From positions 992,001-1,056,000 of the forward strand of contig AE017150.2 in assembly GCA_000002445.1 (NCBI GenBank): a stretch of 64,000 nucleotides of DNA. Reading direction: 5' to 3'. Of this stretch, positions 53,014-61,844 are shown one piece after another; the stretch's first letter is position 1, and each line of letters opens with the position of its first letter. Under the pieces are notes generated by a model, which saw nothing but the letters and a program-made list of their open reading frames with translations, was not told the origin of the DNA and did no database searches. The translations under genes were made by a program, and so were the position numbers. This stretch comes from Trypanosoma brucei (Eukaryota).

Positions 53014-54356
53014 TTATTTATTTACTTATATTCTCTTCTTTTTTCCACAAAAAGAAAGGGTTTTACTTCCCCCCTTTATGTTAAAGAAGCGACCCTTCTC
53101 TTCATTTTTTTTACCTTCTATATTTTTCTTTTTCTTTCTCTTTCCAGCTACTGCCTTGCAATCTTGTGACCACTGCGCGTTTGCAACAGGTTTGAGCAGG
53201 TGACGAATAGCGAGGCTACGGTAAGCGGGAAAAAAGAAATTAAGAAATAAAACGAACGAAAGAAAAAGGGATGCAATAAAAAAAATATTATGAACGCTTT
53301 TATTCTCCCGAGATTTGTTGTTTTATCTACACAAACTGCGGAAACGTTGTTTGCTGTCGTTGTGTGGGCACCTTCACGAGGACGCGATGGAATATGCGGC
53401 ACAGGGCCGTTTTTTTTCTCTGTTCTAAATATATAAATATTTCGACTATTTTTCGTTCTCTTTTTTTTTTTGTAAAGTTTTTTTTTTTTTACCGCGTGCG
53501 TATGTGTGTGTTGTGGGGAGGGAAAGGGGGAAATATGATGATGTGTGAAGGTAAACGGGCGGCCTTTTTTTTTTTTTTTGAAAAACTGGAGGGGAGGAAC
53601 AGCGGTGGTATTGACTTCACGTCGCCAAGCATGTCTTTCGCAGTTGACAGCTTTTATCAGCTCCCCTCCGATCTTTTTCTTTTATTTTGTTTTTCACCAT
53701 ACCCCACGTGTTTTGTCTCATTATCATTTCAGGTTTAGGATCACTTTTTCCGTCTTTATTTGCCGTTCTTCCATTTTTTTTCCCTAGAGAGTCCCAATTC
53801 GCAAACGCGCTGATTCACACAAATATGCACACTAGGGGTGCTTTCTTTTTTCTTTTTAATATATATTTCAGTGCAACACTTGTCGGGTGGGATGGTTTCG
53901 TTCTTTTTCTTTTTTTCACTTCCTTTCTTGTACTTCCTCCTCTTTGTGCTGTCGGCTGATGGGCTTAAAAAAAAAGAAAAAGAAAAACAGGTTAACTTGG
54001 TTCATTGTTGGCCCATACCCATTTTCCCAAGTATACATAATTCTACAAATATATATATATATATATATATGTGCATGCGTCTTCGCAGCCAGTGGCATTA
54101 CTATATGAATACACGTCCGCACTGCACGGCATTATGATTGCAACTGTTCGTGGACCTCTGTTACTTTCCTTCTTTCTTTATTTTTCTTTGTTAGTTTTTC
54201 AAAAAAAAAAAAGTCTAAAAGGAGGTACTTTCTCTTCTATTTCTTCTATTTCTTTCCTTATCTACTTTCTTTCTCTCCTTCGCTGGCTTGCTACTGGGAC
54301 TGTCACGCCCGTTACAGGGGTTCCCTTTCACTCAACCTTTCGTGGAAAGGGAGAAT
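51302..54356. repeat. ~3 kb AT-rich low-complexity interval packed with (AT)n, (TAAA)n and poly(T)/poly(A) microsatellites; presumably a long 3' UTR and intergenic region
   Basis: Runs at about 51470, 52010-52040, 52650-52675, 52985-53010 and 54046-54070; aaataaataaataaat at about 52000. No credible ORFs. Confidence 0.8.
54225..54317 (+). promoter_or_regulatory. Polypyrimidine tract plus AG (54316-54317): putative trans-splice acceptor for the phosphatase gene
   Basis: ctttctcttctatttcttctatttctttccttatctactttctttctctccttcgctggcttgc ... ttacag lies upstream of the ATG at 54357. Confidence 0.5.
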
Positions 54357-55355
54357 ATGATGCGACAAAATCTGACAAGTGACTCATTAATTACAGACAC
54401 ACTCCGTAAGGCCGGTGTCCCGTGTGATGTTGTTGGTATTGTGGAGACTGTTGCCGGTGCATGCCGTGCAATCGCTGCTGGGCTTCGCAATGACGGCGTG
54501 ACGGCCGCCAAGAGTAAGAATAACTTTGGTGATGACGTCCTCTCCGTCGATGTAATGGCTGACAAAATTATATCGGAGGCTCTCAACAGTTGCCAACATG
54601 TGGCTTCTTATGTTTCGGAAGAGTCCCCGTCATTGGCTTCTACCGCGCATAGCGGCAAGGCAACATATTCAGTTTCGTACGACCCACTGGATGGTAGCAG
54701 CATCATCACCTCTAATTTTACTGTCGGTTCTATCTTTGCGGTGTGGCCTGGGAACACACCCATCGGCCTTACCGTCCGTGATATGGCGGCAAGTGTTGTT
54801 GCTGTTTATGGCCCGCGTGTGGTGCTTTTCGTGGGGCAGGAGGAGTTGGGAGTGGCAGAATTCTTCTGTGGGGCGGATGGGGAATGGAAATTGGCTAAGC
54901 GCGTGTGGGCGGGAGTTTGTACGCCGCGAACTGCCACCGTGACGGCAGCGGGACGTGGTGTTAAACTGAAGGCAACGGTGTTTTCCCCCGGTAACCTTCG
55001 CGCCGTCCGCCACTTACCGTGGTATAAACAGCTGATAACTATGTATATGCAAGAAGGTGCCACATTACGTTACACGGGTGGGATGGTGCCGGATGTGTGC
55101 CAAATCATTGTGAAGGGCGACGGCATATATATGACGCCAGCGAGTCCACAACATAAGATGAAGCTAAGGTTATTGTTTGAAGCTGCACCAATGGCGTTTC
55201 TCATTCACTGCGCGGGCGGGCGTTCAACAACGGGGTTGACGAACATGATGAATGTGCGTGTAGTGAGTATGGAGCAAACGACGCCGATTGCCCTTGGTTG
55301 TGCACGAGATGTGGAGAGGTATGAGCGCATGTGTCGCGGGTGCAGCAAACTATAG
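54357..55355 (+). CDS. FBPase/SBPase-family sugar bisphosphatase (332 aa), likely sedoheptulose-1,7-bisphosphatase, with C-terminal -SKL (PTS1, glycosomal)
   Basis: ORF 54288..55355 starts at TTG; the first ATGs are at 54357 and 54360. YDPLDGSSII is the FBPase-family metal-binding motif. The protein ends in CRGCSKL. SBPase rather than FBPase is inferred from size and recalled synteny only. Confidence 0.7.
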   Translation: MMRQNLTSDSLITDTLRKAGVPCDVVGIVETVAGACRAIAAGLRNDGVTAAKSKNNFGDDVLSVDVMADKIISEALNSCQHVASYVSEESPSLASTAHSGKATYSVSYDPLDGSSIITSNFTVGSIFAVWPGNTPIGLTVRDMAASVVAVYGPRVVLFVGQEELGVAEFFCGADGEWKLAKRVWAGVCTPRTATVTAAGRGVKLKATVFSPGNLRAVRHLPWYKQLITMYMQEGATLRYTGGMVPDVCQIIVKGDGIYMTPASPQHKMKLRLLFEAAPMAFLIHCAGGRSTTGLTNMMNVRVVSMEQTTPIALGCARDVERYERMCRGCSKL

Positions 55356-55427
55356 TTTTTTCTTCTTGTTTTTATTTTTGTGCCGCACAAGGTGATGGTC
55401 CGATCTAAAGTCAGAAAGGGAAGGTTG

Positions 55428-55461
<34 letters not shown>
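55428..55461. repeat. (AT)n(TG)n compound microsatellite
   Basis: atatatatatatatgtgtgtgtgtgtgtgtgtg. Confidence 0.9.
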
Positions 55462-56218
55462 CGTACTTAATTACTTCGTTTCCTTTAATTCGTTAGTTCA
55501 TTTTATTTAATACGTGGTCGTAATGTGCTCTGACTTCTATCTTAACGGACAGAAAGTCTCATTGCAATTGCACTGAAGCCAAATGGAGTGGAGATCCTCT
55601 CGACTCGACTCCCGCTTTTTCTCTTGTTTTGTGTTTTCTTTTTTCTTTTTTGTTCTTTTGGCTGCGTCTATTTTCACTTGACTACGACCAAGTAAGTGTG
55701 TGTCTGCGTTTGCGTTTGCGTTTGTAGTTTTTTTTTTTGCCTTTTGTGCTCCTGGTTACCAGCTTGGAACCTTTAATTCATCTCTGAATATACATATATA
55801 TGTAGCGCCTACAAACATGTGGTAGCACAATCGAAAAATTCTAATGATGCATTTGATATTTGGCGACCGTTCTACTCCTCATTTCTGTTGTGCTTTCGCA
55901 ACATTTTTTTTTGTTTTTATGCACTGAACTGTAACAGCAGTAGTGGAGGGAAGGGGTTTAAATAAGCAGTAGTAAAGAGAAGTGGGTCGAAGTGAGAGAA
56001 GAAAGGAAGGAGGATAAGTACGGTGCTGCAGTGATTGAGCGAGGAGGGAAAGGGGCGGCGAGGGCGTATACTCACTGTAGAGACCTACCGTAGGTTAAAA
56101 GACTTTTTTTTTTTTAAAGGCAAAGTAAGGTGGAAGGAAGGAGAAAAGGACCTTGGTTGAATATAGTAGCAGATTGCAAGGTGATTGTGACGTAGCCTGT
56201 AAGCTAATTAGCATTGAA

Positions 56219-59200
56219 ATGGAGGATATCAATTCCGAAGTGGGTGTTCAGCCCACATATCCAACAAGGGAGGAGCTTTTATCAAAGATCATGTGGGTAG
56301 CGGACGTTACCGACCCCGCGCTTTACCTGGAGCAATTACATGGTGCATTTGAGGATGTTATATTCTCCCGTGTCCAGGAGGAGGTGGAGAAGGAGGAGGA
56401 TGATGAAGGGTTGAAAGGTACAAGACGTCTCAAAACGGTAGCTGACCGTATGCGTGAGGAAAAACGGAAGGAAGTGCTCCGTCGGGAGTTGATGGAGCTG
56501 CAGGATGATACTTCTGTTGACGAAGATGGGAGCGCAGGGGAACACACAGCAGGAGATGTTGACGATGACCTGAATGTCGACGAGGAATTTTTAGAAGAGT
56601 CTGATTTTATGGATGATAGGGAGTTTCTTTCATGGATACACCGGAATGATGCTCTACCACGGGAGGATCAAGCGGAGATGGTACTTAAAGAGGATGTACC
56701 CGCTGCTGCCGGGCTGGAACTCGAGTTACACCGTGTAGGTCTCCGTGAAGAAACCGAACTTGAAACAAGAGAAGCGTTACCAGAGCGTCTACAGGCCATT
56801 GCGGAGCGTGAGCGTCGACCACGACTTCAATCACGCAAGATTTCTCCCTCCCAGTCCTACAAAATTCGCCTTGGTCGTGAGGCATTTTGGATAATTTGTC
56901 AATTGCGTGGTGCTGGGCAACCGTTGGCTCACAATACAAGCATCTGTGCCCTGGCTATGCTGCCGTTTTCAGAGGTGGAAAACCACCCTGTCGTTAAGGC
57001 AGTGGAATATGCTCTCAAAAAAATGACGCAGGAGTTCCTAGAGCCCGCACACTTGATGCTCTATCATCAAACCGCGTTACAACCACTACTCTGTGCACTA
57101 TTAGAAACTTCACCTCTTGTGGAGGCAGCGGAGCGTAGTCTGCCCGTAGCTTCGTATGCGTACAGTACGCGGACCGGGAGGCGTCAGAGGCCTCTGATTT
57201 CAGATAGTTATGTTGGGTTTAGTGCGAGGGGGGATGAGAGGGCCATTGGTTTCGGTGACCCTGCATGGGACAAGGATGCGCAGCGCTCCAATGGCGATGC
57301 TGCAGCCGCATTGGATAGGATGGATTTCGCGCAGCGCAAACCCTGTTTCATAGAGCTTGGTCGTCTCCTCCTACGCATTCTTGAGCTTGATGTGTTGTGC
57401 CACAGGCTCGAGTGGCAGAGGTGGCAAATGTTGTTGAAATTGGGCAGTAGCACAGAGCCTGACGTGGGGCAGGAAGGAGCGGCATTGCGACAAATGATGT
57501 TTTTTAGCGCGATTGAAGCCGACTTCTGGCAGTCATTTGTAAGTCAACATGTCTCCGGAAGCAATGGTCGAGCCACGCGGACGATAAAATCTTTAGGTCT
57601 TGAGAGTGCGTTCGAGCAGTACACCATAGCGGGTACACAATACCAAGAAAATTTGCGTGCAAATGCACCCATTCGTGTCTGTCCACCGCCGCAATCGGTT
57701 TCTTTGCTGGAGTGGACGAGCCGTGTCGGTGCTTCTTTAAATCCACCGCGCTGTGGCGAAACCGTGCTTTGGTTATTCAACCAAGCAATAACGGAGCAGT
57801 TTACGCGGCTCCCTGTTCTGCGTACCCGACTATTCAATGTGTTCTGTGCGGAGGGAGACCTGATTGTTTCTTACAAAAACTCGAAGAAAGCAGATGACGT
57901 ATATCCACTCGCAAGTTTTTTCGTTGAGCATTCACGTCACTACTTGGACCTTCTGGAGCGTGAGCGACAGGGCACGATTGACTTGTTTTATGTTCTTAAC
58001 GACGAACTGGTACGCGGTGTGGCGAAATTCGGCCAACTGTACGATCCGTCTTTCAATAACGCTGTTGGAATCTCCCAACGGGACGAGTGGCTGACGAGTC
58101 GGCGAGACGTGATGGAGTTGGTTTTAATCCGGCTCGTCGAAGGGTTGACTCCGAAAGTAAAAGCAGAGCTCAGCCAGTTCGCCAGTCGGTGTGCCCATAC
58201 GCAATGCGCTGAACGATTTGGGCTCTTGTGTGCCCAGGGCCCCTACGAACGTACGTGGTTAAATATTGCTGCATACGATGACGAGGCACTCGTGTGGGAA
58301 CCTGAATGGAATGTGGTAGAGGCCCTGCCACGGCGGCCTGCCGGTTTGCCCGTAACAAGCAGTTATGGGTGCAAGCCTCCTGCGCGCGTGTGTGCGGTGT
58401 ATGGCGGTGAAGGTGGTTTGGCACACATTTGCTTTATCGATGAGAATGGGTTACTAGTCGGAACCATGCGATGGGTGAGTTGCGCTCTAACCTCTGAAAG
58501 TGGGCGGACGGCTGATTTGCTGCAGAACATTCAGTTGGAGAACCAGTTTGACCGATGCAATCCCGGCGTCGTTGTTGTTGGTGCTTCCAGCACGGCCTCC
58601 TTGGGTTTGATGCGTTCGATGCAGCGGTTTCTCCGTGAACGTGCGGAAGCCAATCTTCGCGCACACGTGCCCATCGTATGGGCTCCCGTAGAAGTTGCCA
58701 GGTTGTACAGCGGCACAACGTATGCTGACAGTGAGATGCCGGATGCGGATAGCCTTTCGCGTACGGCGCTCGCCCTCGCTCGTTATGTCCAAGATCCACT
58801 GGGCGCCATCAGTGTTTTATTTGACAGCAGACGCACAGCCCTCCGACTCTCACTGGGAAGAGTAGCGAATATCACCAGCGAGCAGGAGGAACAGCTTTAT
58901 TTGCGACTCTGTTGGGAGATGAGCCTATGGGTTACAGCATGTGGAGTTTGGGTCGACCACTGTCTGACGCGCTCGAACAGCACGGCACTGTTGCAGTTCA
59001 TTTCAGGGTTTGGACCTGTGCGCGCGCGCAAGCTGCAGCAACTTCTGTTTTTGCGCAGACCTATCAATAAGGATGAGTGTGAAAAAATGATTACCAATGC
59101 TTTTGGGATGCATGTGGCACAAAATGCCGTTTCCTCACTTAGAATCGGACCACCAATGGACAGTGACAGGGAGGTGGGGACTGGTGAAGACGGATCGTTA

Positions 59201-60850
59201 AAGTCGGGTCGCTGGACGTTGCTGGACCAGACGTTGTTGCCAGTCGCATGGTACAGCACTGCAGCTTGCATTGCATGTGCTGCATTGAAGCGTGCCACTT
59301 CTCCGCACGTAATAACAATAAGGAGAACTGTTGCTGCTCTTTTAGTTGCCGATTTTATGCAGCGACCTGCCGATGAGAGGCGTGGTTGCATGGATCGCGA
59401 CGTACGTGTACAGGAAATAACAAGAACGATGCGGCTCGAGGTACGCTCGACGTGGAGCGGCTTGCTGGGGAGGAGGGAGGTGGAATTTGTGCAGGATGAG
59501 ATGATCGCTTCCGGTCAGTCATTCATGCGGCGGCCGTACCGTCGTATTTCCAATCGGGAGCTGATGACATATGTAACAGGTATTACGTACTGTACAAACC
59601 AAGATGCACCTTTTCTGCACCGTGGTGTAGAAACAATGTCTCTCATTGTTTGTGAGGGCGAGTACATTGCAGGTGTGGTGCAGAGCGTGCGTGGTAAGTT
59701 AGCCGCCGCTTCTGGCGTACCTTCAATCCGGCTCACGACATCGCGTGGTCTAAATGCCACCATATCAGCTGATGACATCGACGATGAAACAATGAAGCGA
59801 GAGTTCCTCGAATACGAGGAGGCCTTGAGTGCGTTGGGTGAGGAGGGGAGAGCCATTGGACCTCCACCGAATCGACCGCAATGGCTCTGCCGAGGTGCCC
59901 TGATACAGGGTATCGTGATTAACTGCCATTGGGAGCGATGTGAGCTTCGCCTCCGCTGGTGTCGTCCCCGTGGTGGGGAGCCAGATTCCCGTCGTATGCA
60001 AAAGAAAAGTGCGGCGCGTCGCAAAACTCGTGAGTCTCGTGCTGACGTTGGTGACCCCGCCGTCAGCGACGGCGATGGTACAGATATAGGTAGACATTAC
60101 CTATCGTACACGGCATCCGTGCGTGATGCAACGAGTTGCAACAGTTCCCTTCGGACGGAACGTCTTGACATAGATGCACGGGTGTTTGCCACCAAAGTAT
60201 CCCGTCATTCGCTATTCCGTGATGTCAACAGCACTAAAGCAGTCGAGTTCCTGCAAAACAAAAAGATTGGTGAGGTACTGCTCCGCCCAGCCTCTGGACA
60301 CCGCAACAAAGCAGTTGCCGTGGTTAAGATAGGTGAGTGGTCCACTTGCAATTGGCTCATCAGTGAAGACCGGCGCTCAAATGGATCGATATACTACCGG
60401 CTTTCAGACCAAGTGGAAAAACGTGAGATTGAGTTTAACGATGTGGACGAGTTTTTGACCAATTTCATAGCCCCTATGGTGTCGCTTGCCCAGGACATTC
60501 GGGCGCACCGGCGGTTTGTAGGGAGCACGCGTGACGTTCTCGGTGCACTTGATGCACAGCAGAAGAGCGCTGCCAGCAGAACCGGCACGAATGGATCTAA
60601 TTTCATTGCGTATGTGTTCGTTGAGGCAGAGCAGCAATCACGGCCGTCTTTTTATCGTGTCGTTACGCGCGTCGGCACAAGGGAGCGAAGTTTCTACCTT
60701 CATATAAGCGACAGATATATATACATACGTGTTCCTCTCCGGACCAAGGACGCCAGCGCTGAGGGTTCTAGGGCTGGTATGGTGCTGTTGAAGTGCCGTA
60801 ACGCAGAACACGTGAGCCAGGTCGTAAAGGAGCTTGTGCATCGGTGTTAG
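56219..60850 (+). CDS. SPT6: Transcription elongation factor SPT6-like (1543 aa)
   Basis: ORF 56153..60850 starts at TTG; the first ATG is at 56219. Acidic N-terminus (EEVEKEEDDEG, DDDLNVDEEFLEESDFMDD). YqgF-like VCAVYGGEGGLAHICFIDENGLLVG. Tex/Spt6 motif RTALALARYVQDPLGAIS. C-terminal SH2-like AVEFLQNKKIGEVLLRPASGH. Confidence 0.8.
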   Translation: MEDINSEVGVQPTYPTREELLSKIMWVADVTDPALYLEQLHGAFEDVIFSRVQEEVEKEEDDEGLKGTRRLKTVADRMREEKRKEVLRRELMELQDDTSVDEDGSAGEHTAGDVDDDLNVDEEFLEESDFMDDREFLSWIHRNDALPREDQAEMVLKEDVPAAAGLELELHRVGLREETELETREALPERLQAIAERERRPRLQSRKISPSQSYKIRLGREAFWIICQLRGAGQPLAHNTSICALAMLPFSEVENHPVVKAVEYALKKMTQEFLEPAHLMLYHQTALQPLLCALLETSPLVEAAERSLPVASYAYSTRTGRRQRPLISDSYVGFSARGDERAIGFGDPAWDKDAQRSNGDAAAALDRMDFAQRKPCFIELGRLLLRILELDVLCHRLEWQRWQMLLKLGSSTEPDVGQEGAALRQMMFFSAIEADFWQSFVSQHVSGSNGRATRTIKSLGLESAFEQYTIAGTQYQENLRANAPIRVCPPPQSVSLLEWTSRVGASLNPPRCGETVLWLFNQAITEQFTRLPVLRTRLFNVFCAEGDLIVSYKNSKKADDVYPLASFFVEHSRHYLDLLERERQGTIDLFYVLNDELVRGVAKFGQLYDPSFNNAVGISQRDEWLTSRRDVMELVLIRLVEGLTPKVKAELSQFASRCAHTQCAERFGLLCAQGPYERTWLNIAAYDDEALVWEPEWNVVEALPRRPAGLPVTSSYGCKPPARVCAVYGGEGGLAHICFIDENGLLVGTMRWVSCALTSESGRTADLLQNIQLENQFDRCNPGVVVVGASSTASLGLMRSMQRFLRERAEANLRAHVPIVWAPVEVARLYSGTTYADSEMPDADSLSRTALALARYVQDPLGAISVLFDSRRTALRLSLGRVANITSEQEEQLYLRLCWEMSLWVTACGVWVDHCLTRSNSTALLQFISGFGPVRARKLQQLLFLRRPINKDECEKMITNAFGMHVAQNAVSSLRIGPPMDSDREVGTGEDGSLKSGRWTLLDQTLLPVAWYSTAACIACAALKRATSPHVITIRRTVAALLVADFMQRPADERRGCMDRDVRVQEITRTMRLEVRSTWSGLLGRREVEFVQDEMIASGQSFMRRPYRRISNRELMTYVTGITYCTNQDAPFLHRGVETMSLIVCEGEYIAGVVQSVRGKLAAASGVPSIRLTTSRGLNATISADDIDDETMKREFLEYEEALSALGEEGRAIGPPPNRPQWLCRGALIQGIVINCHWERCELRLRWCRPRGGEPDSRRMQKKSAARRKTRESRADVGDPAVSDGDGTDIGRHYLSYTASVRDATSCNSSLRTERLDIDARVFATKVSRHSLFRDVNSTKAVEFLQNKKIGEVLLRPASGHRNKAVAVVKIGEWSTCNWLISEDRRSNGSIYYRLSDQVEKREIEFNDVDEFLTNFIAPMVSLAQDIRAHRRFVGSTRDVLGALDAQQKSAASRTGTNGSNFIAYVFVEAEQQSRPSFYRVVTRVGTRERSFYLHISDRYIYIRVPLRTKDASAEGSRAGMVLLKCRNAEHVSQVVKELVHRC

Positions 60851-61844
60851 CGTCGGTGTGGGGGAAAGAGGATGGATGGTAAGGAATATTATCACGTGCG
60901 CTTGTATGCGTGTGGGTAACTCTTCCAGTATCCTTTTTCTAGCCCTTACTTCCTCCACTCGTCGATGATCCGTGCCGTACACTCCTTCCTCAGCACCACT
61001 ACTTCCCCCTCTTTTCTTTGTATTCGTTATGGTTTCCCGCCATATTGCTCAGCACATCACTCCACCGCTACTTCCCGAGTGGCTTATGCTTGAGCACGCG
61101 GTGCCATTTGCACCGATGAGGGACCGCGCGTGGAGGGGGGGCGGGAGTGGAGTCCGTGCTGTAATGTGCTGTAAACTTTTCTGACAGTTCAGATGTGAGG
61201 AACAAGGACGCATTGATTTGGGAGGAGGGAATAGTGGAACTTAGCTTTTTTTTCTTTTTGTAACCTACACTTTCAACTGTAGGACAAAATCTGTTGAGTT
61301 AATACTGACCTTTCCTTTACCTCTGTTTTCAGGGGTGTCGAGCTCACTCACGCGTGTGTTCATTTCGGAAAGTGTGCACGATTCCTTGTACCTCTTAGTG
61401 TTTCAGCGACGGAAGGGTGGAGCACTCTTGATTCAACTAACCCTCTTCTTTTCAAAAACAACTCTATCTCATTAAATGTGAACTCGTTTTTATTTTAAAT
61501 GTCGAAGAGACTATTTGAGCGCCAAAAAGTGTTGTGAAGAACAATAGTGTGAGGGTGTGTCGGACCTGCATTCTCGGAGGCCGTTGTGAACGTGGAGTGG
61601 AACGGTCGCTGTTCGTTGCCGCGCGGTGCGTGCGTTTGTGTGCAATCGTACGAGCGTAACGACATTAGCACTGAACAACTTCGTGCGCAAACAGCTGCGA
61701 AGTACCTCCAAATTAGAAACGGTAAAACTGTGCTCTAAAGCGAGTGCGTGGGGTTGATATTTTGTTGGTGTGTGGCGACCGGCTTGGAGAGGCAAATAGC
61801 TCTGCAGTTGAATTCAGGTCCACCGTTGTGTTATTTGAAGCGCA

